This document shows, piece after piece, positions 8,249 through 14,446 of a stretch of DNA of 50,200 nt (position 1 is the stretch's first letter; each line of letters opens with the position of its first letter). The position numbers and the translations under genes were made by a program. The DNA comes from a virus. The notes below the pieces were generated by a model. It was not told the origin of the DNA. It worked only from the letters and a program-made list of their open reading frames with translations, and searched no databases. The stretch lies in the IMG/VR virus record IMGVR_UViG_3300045988_033256. One strand, 5' to 3'.

Positions 8249-8796
8249 ACGCCGCGTTCCTTTCTTCCGGTTTCCCACTCGTCTTTCAACTCGCTTAACA
8301 GGCTGGGTGGCGCGGTTTCTACTCCGGCGTTTTTGCAATCCTGAATGCAGTTGTCAATCAACTGTGACATTTGCCGCTTGTCAAAATCGCTCGAACCATA
8401 ATACGCAAGCACTGTTGTGCATCCGCTGATTTTCGACGCTCTGGTTTCAATAAACCTTCCGGTATGGTTACTCGCCCACTTTTGACCGAAACTCGCTACT
8501 GCCCTTGTCTGCATACACAGTACTTCATAGTTGCCAATGTCTTTGATATGTCGTCTGTAAATGCACTCCGGTGGTTCACCCATGGCCTTAGCCAGTTTTC
8601 TGCACAGCGCCCAGTACATCGCATTTGCGTCAAGGTCTCGTATTTCCTGCTTAGGCGCGATCTTGGCGGTATACACCTTACCATCTTTGAGTTTTTCGCA
8701 CTCAACTCGTGCCATAGGTGCATTGCTGATGTGAATACACAACCAATTTCCGAGATCATTGTGTATTACCTGCGCACGATCAAACTCATGCGTCAT
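8245..8796 (-). CDS. NinB/Orf-like recombination mediator (tentative)
   Basis: RDLDANAMYWALCRKLA and YYGSSDFDKRQMSQLIDNCIQDCKNAGVE resemble the lambda Orf segments RSLDQNRKLWACLGDV and GQSTSRMRVGEFAELLELIQAFGTERGV. It is adjacent to the SSAP gene. Confidence 0.5.
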   Translation of the reverse strand: MTHEFDRAQVIHNDLGNWLCIHISNAPMARVECEKLKDGKVYTAKIAPKQEIRDLDANAMYWALCRKLAKAMGEPPECIYRRHIKDIGNYEVLCMQTRAVASFGQKWASNHTGRFIETRASKISGCTTVLAYYGSSDFDKRQMSQLIDNCIQDCKNAGVETAPPSLLSELKDEWETGRKERGV

Positions 8797-9659
8797 GGCA
8801 TAGCCTCCATTGCCTCCTGATGGTCTTTATCGTCCATCTTCTTGTTCAGCTCTACCATCAATGCGCCGAAATCATTCATTTTCAGTTTCGGAAGATCATC
8901 CAGCGGGAAACCGATGGTTTCTTCAAACTGCTTTTTCGTGGTTGCGCCCAGCGCTTTTGCAATCTTCTTAATGGTGGTGGTTTCCACCTCACCAATCACA
9001 TCTTCTGGCGGCTTTTGCAGCGCCAGCTCCCGCTCGATTTTTTTAAGCGCAAAATGATATTCGTCATACGTTACCTCGGACGTAGTACGGCAGCCGGTAA
9101 GTCGCATAAGGTGTTCCTGCGCCTTGGCATTTCCGTAAACATCCTGAAGCCTGCGCGCAAACGCCTGACAATCACGTTTAATCAGCTTATCCGTGCCCGC
9201 GCATTCTGCTTCTCCGGAATACTTGGTTTGATCTTCGCGCACGCTATCATCGTTCCAGTACACATCCGCACCAACACCGAGCATCTTAGCCGCTACGGAA
9301 ATCGCATCGGTGAACGCCATCTTCCAGCATTCGTCCGAAACTTGCGGGCCGTTTCGGGTCTGCGAAACGAACTGACTGCCACCCGTACCCGGAATAGCCT
9401 CCGACCATTCGCCGTCCGCCTTGACAAACAGATTGATATTGCAGAATGCACACACAACGCCGTCATGCGTTTCGAGCCACTGTTTGACAATCTCAGTTTT
9501 CCAACCAATACCGCACGGCCCGAATTGCTCGGTCAATGCCTTAATGCGCCACATAGGGTTAATGTCGGTAAAACCTTTCAGTTTTCCGGCCTGAATCTCC
9601 TTTTGCGCCGTCTGCGGCACCGTGCGCAGCGCATTATACAGCGTCAGATTGTCGCTCAT
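8793..9659 (-). CDS. Single-strand annealing protein, Rad52/Sak-like
   Basis: GKLKGFTDINPMWRIKALTEQFGPCGIGWKTEI matches the Rad52-superfamily h..LN..FG..GW core. It sits in the recombination module with SSB, RusA and the NinB-like gene. Confidence 0.65.
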   Translation of the reverse strand: MSDNLTLYNALRTVPQTAQKEIQAGKLKGFTDINPMWRIKALTEQFGPCGIGWKTEIVKQWLETHDGVVCAFCNINLFVKADGEWSEAIPGTGGSQFVSQTRNGPQVSDECWKMAFTDAISVAAKMLGVGADVYWNDDSVREDQTKYSGEAECAGTDKLIKRDCQAFARRLQDVYGNAKAQEHLMRLTGCRTTSEVTYDEYHFALKKIERELALQKPPEDVIGEVETTTIKKIAKALGATTKKQFEETIGFPLDDLPKLKMNDFGALMVELNKKMDDKDHQEAMEAMP

Positions 9660-9874
9660 TCTTCATCCTCCTGCTCGTAGTCATAAACTGACATTTTCAA
9701 ATCATCGAGAAAGTTCTCGATCTCCTGCGAAAACAAATCCTTGTAATCTTCCAGATACAATCCAATAGCAGTTTCGGCTTCCCGCATATCCTGCAACCGG
9801 TTAAGTCGCTCCTGATCTGCCCTCTCCGGCGGCTCTAACGCCCGCTCGGGGCATCCTGTAATTGCATCACGCAT
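9656..9874 (-). CDS. Acidic hypothetical protein (72 aa)
   Basis: The start is trimmed to the ATG at 9874, preceded by GGAGG at 9-nt spacing. The gene is coupled to its neighbours. Confidence 0.5.
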   Translation of the reverse strand: MRDAITGCPERALEPPERADQERLNRLQDMREAETAIGLYLEDYKDLFSQEIENFLDDLKMSVYDYEQEDEE

Positions 9875-10121
9875 TGCGCAGCGCCTCCAATACCTGCTTC
9901 TCCGAGGCAAAGGTTACGCGGTTGTCCTTGTCCCACTTATCCCAGTATCCGTTTCTGTAGCGATAGCACTCTTTCTTCTTCAGCTCATCGCCGTTTACCA
10001 CCTCAAAAAACCACACTTCTGCAGTGCAAGTCAGCGCCGAAATGTTCATCATCACCGGCGTTTCCGGTTTCTTTTCAAGAACCAGATCAAGCAGGCTGTG
10101 AAACAGCTTCTTGTCTTTCAT
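9867..10121 (-). CDS. Hypothetical protein (84 aa)
   Basis: The ATG at 10121 shares one nucleotide with the stop of the upstream gene (TAATG). Confidence 0.55.
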   Translation of the reverse strand: MKDKKLFHSLLDLVLEKKPETPVMMNISALTCTAEVWFFEVVNGDELKKKECYRYRNGYWDKWDKDNRVTFASEKQVLEALRNA

Positions 10122-11110
10122 TATTCATCCACCTCTATAATCGCGCCGTTTTTCAGCATATAAAACGTATCCGCTTTGATGGTTTCTCCATCTACGCAAA
10201 CAGCCTGAACGCCTAAAATGTGCATTTTTTCATCACGTTCCGTGAGCACCAGCCAACAGCCGACAGCACCTTTCGCTTTGCTGCCATACCCGGTAACGAC
10301 CGCAATGTTTTCCGCTCCTCCAACCGTGGCGGCGCTCTGGTTTCCCGTGTTCGTGGCGGCGCTCCAGTCGCCCGTGTTTGTGGCGGCGCTCCAGTCGCCC
10401 GTATTCGTGGCGGCGCTCTGGTTTCCCGTGTTCGTGGCGACGCTCCAGTCGCCTGTGTTCGTGGCGGCGCTCCAGTTGCCCGTGTTTGTGGCGGCGCTCT
10501 GGTTTCCCGTGTTCGTGGCGGCGCTCCAATCGCCCGTGTTCGTGGCGGCGCTCCGGTAGCCCGTGTTCGTGGCGGCGCTCCGGTCGCCCGTGTTTGTGGC
10601 GGCGCTCTGGTTTCCCGTGTTCGTGGCGGCGCTCCAGTCGCCCGTATTCGTGGCGGTGCTCTGGTAGCCCGTGTTCGTGGCGGCGCTCTGGTAGCCCGTA
10701 TTCGTGGCGGCGCTCCGGTCGCCCGTGTTTGTGGCGGCGCTCTGGTTTCCCGTGTTCGTGGCGGCGCTCTGGTAGCCCGTGTTACTCTCTTTCGCGCTCT
10801 TAAAATCCACTTTTTCCAGAATGAACTTCACGCCAGCCTGAATCAGCCCCGAAAGGCCAATCTCTGTTTCAATCTTTATTTTTTTGCCAACCCGCTTGCT
10901 GTCCTCCCCAGTCTGCTCGTTAGTATCCAAATCTACCTCGCAGTAACGCGAATCTGCCGGGTTGTAGTATCCGAATACGTCCATCGGGTTCTCGCAGGCG
11001 TGGAAACCCTTGTGGCAAATATCCGCCGTGTTTTCCTCGTACTCTTTGCCGATTTCGTACTGAAAACCACGGCATTTCAAGTCCTTGTCAAAGCCTTTGT
11101 AGCATTTCAC
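10121..11110 (-). CDS. Repeat protein: conserved N-domain (CRGFQYE...GFHACENPMDVFGYY), 17 octapeptide repeats (TNTG-xx-SAA) and a C-domain
   Basis: 329-aa ORF with a GTG start at 11110, preceded by GAGGAGGA at 9-nt spacing. The architecture is recalled from a family widespread in phages and bacteria of unknown function. Confidence 0.8.
   Translation of the reverse strand: MKCYKGFDKDLKCRGFQYEIGKEYEENTADICHKGFHACENPMDVFGYYNPADSRYCEVDLDTNEQTGEDSKRVGKKIKIETEIGLSGLIQAGVKFILEKVDFKSAKESNTGYQSAATNTGNQSAATNTGDRSAATNTGYQSAATNTGYQSTATNTGDWSAATNTGNQSAATNTGDRSAATNTGYRSAATNTGDWSAATNTGNQSAATNTGNWSAATNTGDWSVATNTGNQSAATNTGDWSAATNTGDWSAATNTGNQSAATVGGAENIAVVTGYGSKAKGAVGCWLVLTERDEKMHILGVQAVCVDGETIKADTFYMLKNGAIIEVDE
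10325..10786 (-). repeat. 17 tandem in-frame 24-bp repeats
   Basis: The units encode TNTG[N/D/Y][Q/R/W]SAA. Variation is confined almost entirely to two adjacent codons (AAC/GAC/TAC and CAG/CGG/TGG). Confidence 0.9.
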
Positions 11111-11201
11111 TTGCTTTTCGTCCTCCTCTGTGGTATCCTTGTATTAAATCAATTTACCTTTGCCGCTGATTGGGTATCCTACCACCCGTCAGCGGCTTTT
11201 C

Positions 11202-11477
11202 TCATGCCCGTTCCGGCATCTCCAAATTCCCACTGATCGGTGCAAAGCACTGCGGGAACGTGTTGCCGAACTCGTCTTTCCAGAGCATAAACCGCCAACC
11301 CATCTTGTCAACGGTCCAAGTCTTGAATCCGCACTTTTCAAAGTAATCTGCCTGCTCCGCCATCATGGACAGCGTGCATACATCGTCAGGCTCGAATTTC
11401 ATTCTGCCCTTCTTCCGCGGTGCAAACCGCATCACTCTCTCGGTATCAAACGCCGAGCCGTTAATTTTTACTACCAT
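11202..11477 (-). CDS. Hypothetical protein (91 aa)
   Basis: The ATG at 11477 is preceded by ACGGAGGAC. Confidence 0.55.
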   Translation of the reverse strand: MVVKINGSAFDTERVMRFAPRKKGRMKFEPDDVCTLSMMAEQADYFEKCGFKTWTVDKMGWRFMLWKDEFGNTFPQCFAPISGNLEMPERA

Positions 11478-11616
11478 GCTTGTCCTCCGTTCTCATGCTG
11501 ATCGTCTTTGCGCTCTCGCGCATATGCAGGCCGTACTTAGCAGCGTTCATCGCCTTGCCGATAACTCGGCGCTGCATATCTTTGACTTTCAGCGTCTTGC
11601 GTCTTGCTTCCGTCAT
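11461..11616 (-). CDS. Small basic hypothetical protein (51 aa)
   Basis: The frame is trimmed to the ATG at 11616, preceded by GGGGAGAAAACAGGAT. Confidence 0.4.
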   Translation of the reverse strand: MTEARRKTLKVKDMQRRVIGKAMNAAKYGLHMRESAKTISMRTEDKHGSKN

Positions 11617-11632
11617 ATCCTGTTTTCTCCCC

Positions 11633-11842
11633 TCAGCGGTAACGACCGCGATATCTCTGCCGGTGCTCATAGGCCGCAAGCAACATGCTTGCCCTTGCGC
11701 TCACCATGCCGACAGCCAGCAGCGCCAGCATGATAGCGGCTCCGGAAAACAAGTCGATTCTTCCGTTCTCGGTCATGCCGCCGCTGATCAGCATTCCGAA
11801 AAAACAAAATCCTGCTAACCATCCGTAGCGTTTGTAGGTCAT
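11633..11842 (-). CDS. Small membrane protein (69 aa)
   Basis: The track start at 11851 is TTG. The in-frame ATG at 11842 (MTYKRYGWLAGFCFFGMLISGG...) follows AAAGGGGA. Two hydrophobic helices are present. Confidence 0.5.
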   Translation of the reverse strand: MTYKRYGWLAGFCFFGMLISGGMTENGRIDLFSGAAIMLALLAVGMVSARASMLLAAYEHRQRYRGRYR

Positions 11843-11871
11843 TGGTTTCAATCCCCTTTCGCGGTTTCTTG

Positions 11872-11962
11872 TAACCCTCGAACGTAGTGAGAGGGTTATT
11901 CTTTTCTTTCTTTCTTAGAAAGTTAAATTAATATATATTCGACCGTAGGGAGAATATATATA
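11872..11962. promoter_or_regulatory. Twin hairpins with different stems but near-identical 11-nt loops, each followed by a TTCTTTTCTTTCTTT tract (origin-like or RNA element)
   Basis: H1: taaccctc (11872-79), loop GAACGTAGTGA, gagggtta (11891-98). H2: atatatattc (11931-40), loop GACCGTAGGGA, gaatatatat (11952-61). Polypyrimidine tracts lie at 11899-11916 and 11966-11980. Confidence 0.5.
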
Positions 11963-12002
11963 TACTTCTTTTCTTTCTTTGTTACTTTCTTTCTTATTCC
12001 TT

Positions 12003-12079
12003 GGTTTGTTATCGGTGTGTTATCGGTTTGTTGATTGTGTGTTATCTGTGTGTTGATGGTCTGTTGTTGGAGTGTTACG
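12003..12079. repeat. Seven contiguous 11-bp iterons (consensus GGTGTGTTATC)
   Basis: The units are ggtttgttatc, ggtgtgttatc, ggtttgttgat, tgtgtgttatc, tgtgtgttgat, ggtctgttgtt and ggagtgttacg. The period is exactly 11 bp, about one helical turn. Confidence 0.85.
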
Positions 12080-12296
12080 CAGACGCTTCCGCCTGCACCA
12101 ATCGGTTAGCCACATCGGCCACATGATAGCGACCGCCGGTTAAACGCGGAACACCATCTAAATAACGCTGTACGGTACGATAACTAACGCCAAACCAGTC
12201 TTTTAACTGTTTTGTGGTAATATATTCGCACCCTGCGAACGTGCGCAAACGGCCTTCAACCGTGCGTCTGCGGTTGCTTAATTCTGTTGCTGTCAT
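12075..12296 (-). CDS. Small HTH DNA-binding protein (73 aa) flanked by the iteron arrays
   Basis: ITTKQLKDWFGVSYRTVQRYL is an HTH. The ATG at 12296 is preceded by GGAGGG at 8-nt spacing. Confidence 0.7.
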   Translation of the reverse strand: MTATELSNRRRTVEGRLRTFAGCEYITTKQLKDWFGVSYRTVQRYLDGVPRLTGGRYHVADVANRLVQAEASA

Positions 12297-12316
12297 TCGT
12301 TCAACCCTCCGCTTTC

Positions 12317-12361
12317 TGTGTGTTATTGGTGTGTTGCTTAGTGTGTTGATGGTGTGCTATC
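12317..12361. repeat. Four further copies of the 11-bp iteron
   Basis: The units are tgtgtgttatt, ggtgtgttgct, (ta)gtgtgttgat and ggtgtgctatc. The GTGTT cores are spaced 11, 12 and 11 bp apart. Confidence 0.7.
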
Positions 12362-12467
12362 GCTCATCATCATTGTTGCCGCCACGCAGCATTGCACACA
12401 CAATAAGCAGCGCCATTTCTACGCCCAGTGTTGCCAGCACTCCGGCAACGAACGGGTGAATATACAT
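12357..12467 (-). CDS. Small hydrophobic peptide (36 aa)
   Basis: MYIHPFVAGVLATLGVEMALLIVCAMLRGGNNDDER. The ATG at 12467 is preceded by GGAGGTGATACCG. It is the tail of the spurious 151-aa track ORF. Confidence 0.5.
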   Translation of the reverse strand: MYIHPFVAGVLATLGVEMALLIVCAMLRGGNNDDER

Positions 12468-12503
12468 CGGTATCACCTCCGCTTGTTCGCCCCTTCCCGA
12501 CCG

Positions 12504-12512
12504 TGGTATAAT
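12504..12512 (+). promoter_or_regulatory. Extended -10 promoter TGGTATAAT
   Basis: It is a consensus TGnTATAAT lying 22 nt upstream of the ATG at 12535. A possible -35 TTGTTC lies 18 nt upstream. Confidence 0.6.
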
Positions 12513-12534
12513 AGCCGGGAAAGGAGGTGTTGAT

Positions 12535-12765
12535 ATGATGCACTTAGGTTCAGAGCTTCGCCGTATCGAGCAAGAAGCCGAATTGGAATTTCGTGAATCC
12601 ATGTTGAAGCAGCTTGAAGATGAACGCCAGCAACGCGAAAAATCTGACGTAGAAGAACGCCGATTCGCGCTGAAATGGAATCGCATCAACCTTGCTGTTG
12701 CGATTTTCGCCGCGTTAGTCGGAACGGCCGGTCTTGTTCTCTCTCTTGTGTCTATCCTCTCGTAA
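12535..12765 (+). CDS. Tail-anchored membrane protein (76 aa; charged coiled-coil N-part, C-terminal TM)
   Basis: RBS AAGGAGGTG lies 5-6 nt before the ATG. The C-terminal LAVAIFAALVGTAGLVLSLVSILS is hydrophobic. The gene has its own promoter and is antisense to the leftward early operon. Confidence 0.65.
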   Translation: MMHLGSELRRIEQEAELEFRESMLKQLEDERQQREKSDVEERRFALKWNRINLAVAIFAALVGTAGLVLSLVSILS

Positions 12766-12849
12766 CAATGCGATCCGATAGACGATACTGCAACAACTCC
12801 AACCCAGTGCAAAACTGGATAGACAAAGCGCTATAACTTTCAGCACCAT
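12715..12849 (-). CDS. Possible small membrane peptide (44 aa) convergently overlapping the + strand gene by 51 nt
   Basis: Hand translation gives MVLKVIALCLSSFALGWSCCSIVYRIALLREDRHKRENKTGRSD. RBS GGAGGTGA lies 7 nt before the ATG at 12849, directly downstream of the Cro-like gene. Confidence 0.35.
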   Translation of the reverse strand: MVLKVIALCLSSFALGWSCCSIVYRIALLREDRHKRENKTGRSD

Positions 12850-12866
12850 GTCCTTCTCACCTCCGC

Positions 12867-13076
12867 TTATGCGCTCTCGTTGTCATGACGGTCAAACAGA
12901 TACTCGATATTCATGCCGGGGAACAGTTTGTCTCGGATAACACGGGCTTCGCTGTAAGTAAAATCCGTGACGCCTTGCATCTTGTTTCGTACCGTCTTTT
13001 CGCTGCAATTCATAACCTGCTGAATATCATAGTAGGTCACATTGAATCGCGGCATTTCTTTTTCAATGAATCTCAT
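12867..13076 (-). CDS. Cro-like / DUF739-like HTH regulator (69 aa)
   Basis: The start is trimmed to the ATG at 13076, preceded by CAGGAGGTGA. The HTH is CSEKTVRNKMQGVTDFTYSEARVI. It is divergent from the CI-like repressor. Confidence 0.75.
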   Translation of the reverse strand: MRFIEKEMPRFNVTYYDIQQVMNCSEKTVRNKMQGVTDFTYSEARVIRDKLFPGMNIEYLFDRHDNESA

Positions 13077-13090
13077 ACAATCACCTCCTG

Positions 13091-13181
13091 TTACCATATT
13101 CGGTAATCTGTGTTATTATAATATCACCGAATACGGTAATTGTCAATGGTGTATCGGAAATATTTTTACCTAATTCGGTAA
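13091..13181. promoter_or_regulatory. Three operators TTACC-N6-GGTAA (O1 13091-13106, O2 13124-13139, O3 13166-13181)
   Basis: The sequences are ttaccatattcggtaa, tcaccgaatacggtaa and ttacctaattcggtaa. They are inverted-repeat half-sites in the divergent CI/Cro intergenic region. Confidence 0.8.
13118..13146 (-). promoter_or_regulatory. Leftward early promoter (TTGACA-17-TATTAT)
   Basis: The -35 is the reverse complement of 13141-13146 and the -10 is the reverse complement of 13118-13123. O2 fills the 17-bp spacer and O1 lies just downstream. Confidence 0.7.
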
Positions 13182-13189
13182 TTTCTTTA

Positions 13190-13218
13190 TTGACACTGCA
13201 TGCGTATAGTTATATAAT
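13190..13218 (+). promoter_or_regulatory. Repressor promoter (TTGACA-17-TATAAT)
   Basis: Perfect consensus hexamers lie at 13190-13195 and 13213-13218. O3 ends 9 bp upstream of the -35. Confidence 0.75.
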
Positions 13219-13243
13219 GAAGTCATAGAAAGGAGGAATTGAA

Positions 13244-13636
13244 ATGCTGGTAGACGCGCTGGATATAATGAAGCAAAAAAGTGGTAAAACACTGCAACAG
13301 ATTAGCGATGAGTGCGGAATACCCAAAGGAACGCTCAACAAAATCTTTGCCGGGCAAACCAAAGACCCGCAATACGGGACTTTGAAAACCATTGTTCATG
13401 CACTCGGATTCACTGTTGACGATCTGGAGAAGTTCGAAAATCCAGAAATAAAAAAATCTCCCGCTCCGGCCGAAGCCAAAGCGAGAGAGATAAATGCAAA
13501 ACATATTATGGATGTGTTTGTGTCAGCTGGAATTATGCCTGCTGGCGAAGATTTGTCTAACGAGGACTTAATCTTTCTCCGATCGATCGCCAACGCAGTT
13601 TTTACTTGGTTTCAAGAGCGCCACCAGGCCGGATAA
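13244..13636 (+). CDS. CI-like XRE-family repressor (130 aa)
   Basis: The N-terminal HTH is KTLQQISDECGIPKGTLNKIFAGQTKDP. RBS AAAGGAGGA is present. It is divergent from the Cro-like gene. Confidence 0.85.
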   Translation: MLVDALDIMKQKSGKTLQQISDECGIPKGTLNKIFAGQTKDPQYGTLKTIVHALGFTVDDLEKFENPEIKKSPAPAEAKAREINAKHIMDVFVSAGIMPAGEDLSNEDLIFLRSIANAVFTWFQERHQAG

Positions 13637-13866
13637 AATCTTTTCCGGTTCTTCAAATGTATTGAGATAGGCGGCGAATGCCTCATAGTTTGGATATTTA
13701 TTATTTTCCATGTTTTGTTCCCTGCCTTTCTTGATACTATGGTATTACCAATATAAGGCAATATCAAGCAAAACCGTCCGTCAAGTTATGACAATATTAT
13801 AAATCGAACACTTGTTCGATTCAAGGACGAGTTTTCAGATTACAAGTAAAGTCCAATAAACAGGAC

Positions 13867-14142
13867 TTATTGCTTCTCTGGAGAGATTCCAGCCTCGCCC
13901 AGTTTCTTCGTCAAGAACTGCGCGACGGCTTTCGTAAGGTCACTAAAACCGGCTGCATCAAAGCCGACAAGATATCCGTTGTTTTCGGCATTGGTCAAAG
14001 CTGTTTCAGCAAGGCGGATAGCCTTGCCTCGCTGGTGCTTGGTAAGCGGCAACGTGTTGATATAGTGATAGAGTAATTCAATTCTCTTGCGCGTATCTTC
14101 ATCGCGTTTAACGTAGATTGCGCAGCATTCATCGTGCCTCAT
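13867..14142 (-). CDS. Hypothetical protein (91 aa)
   Basis: Track ORF 13867..14430 is trimmed to the ATG at 14142, preceded by AAAGGAGC. The upstream part of the track ORF is non-coding-like. Confidence 0.55.
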   Translation of the reverse strand: MRHDECCAIYVKRDEDTRKRIELLYHYINTLPLTKHQRGKAIRLAETALTNAENNGYLVGFDAAGFSDLTKAVAQFLTKKLGEAGISPEKQ

Positions 14143-14446
14143 GGTTCTAGCTCCTTTCGAGTGTATGGCGCATGGGGGTCGCGTTTTGCTACTCCCCCGT
14201 CGATTCGACAGGCTGGGGGAACAAAACGTTCCCTCAGCGGATAGCGTCGCGATTTGCGACGGAATACCGTCGGTTAAAACTACGGTACTTTCGGGTAAAA
14301 ATGTCCGTAACTGCAACCCGGTCAAAATTGTCCGGGTTCGGTGATGGGGTTTTGCACAAAAATGTGCGAAAGTACTTTCAAAGCCCCTGGCACAGCAGAC
14401 GGAACGTCTCGCGGCCTTTGGGCGTAACAAGCGTTTGCGTACCAGC
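14143..14446 (-). ncRNA. 304-nt ORF-free, stem-loop-rich spacer (structured leader or ncRNA candidate)
   Basis: It lies between the antirepressor stop and the next RBS. Stems include aacccgg/ccgggtt (14316-14339), cgtcgc/gcgacg (14246-14261), ggggg/ccccc (14174-14198) and ggggttt...aagcccc (14346-14387), which encloses two hairpins. Confidence 0.3.

Noticed and set aside
10325-10786. Possible CRISPR array (regular short repeats)
   Set aside because: The 24-bp units are contiguous with no spacers. They are in-frame inside a CDS, and no cas genes or leader are present.
10220-11236. Long + strand ORFs (338, 141 and 113 aa) and a 98-aa - strand ORF across the repeat region
   Set aside because: They are shadow frames generated by the 24-bp tandem repeat. 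Their products are monotonous R/G/A/V or W/R/S repeats and they have no RBS. The - strand frame 10121..11110 has a strong RBS and flanking non-repetitive conserved domains.
12003-12361. Type II (ParMR/parC-like) plasmid partition locus, because of the 11-bp iteron arrays flanking a small DNA-binding gene
   Set aside because: No actin-like, ParA-like or TubZ-like NTPase is encoded anywhere in the genome, and the phage has a full integration module. The partition analogy is kept only as a structural comparison.
12357-12812. 151-aa - strand ORF spanning the small-peptide region
   Set aside because: There is no RBS at its start. It runs antisense through the well-supported + strand gene 12535..12765. 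Only its last 36 codons, which have their own GGAGGTGA RBS, look real.
13867-14430. 187-aa version of the ORF extending into the 304-nt spacer
   Set aside because: The N-terminal 96 residues are junk-like (Arg/Cys/Ser/Thr-rich) and lack an RBS. The internal ATG at 14142 has AAAGGAGC. The upstream part is better explained as structured non-coding sequence.
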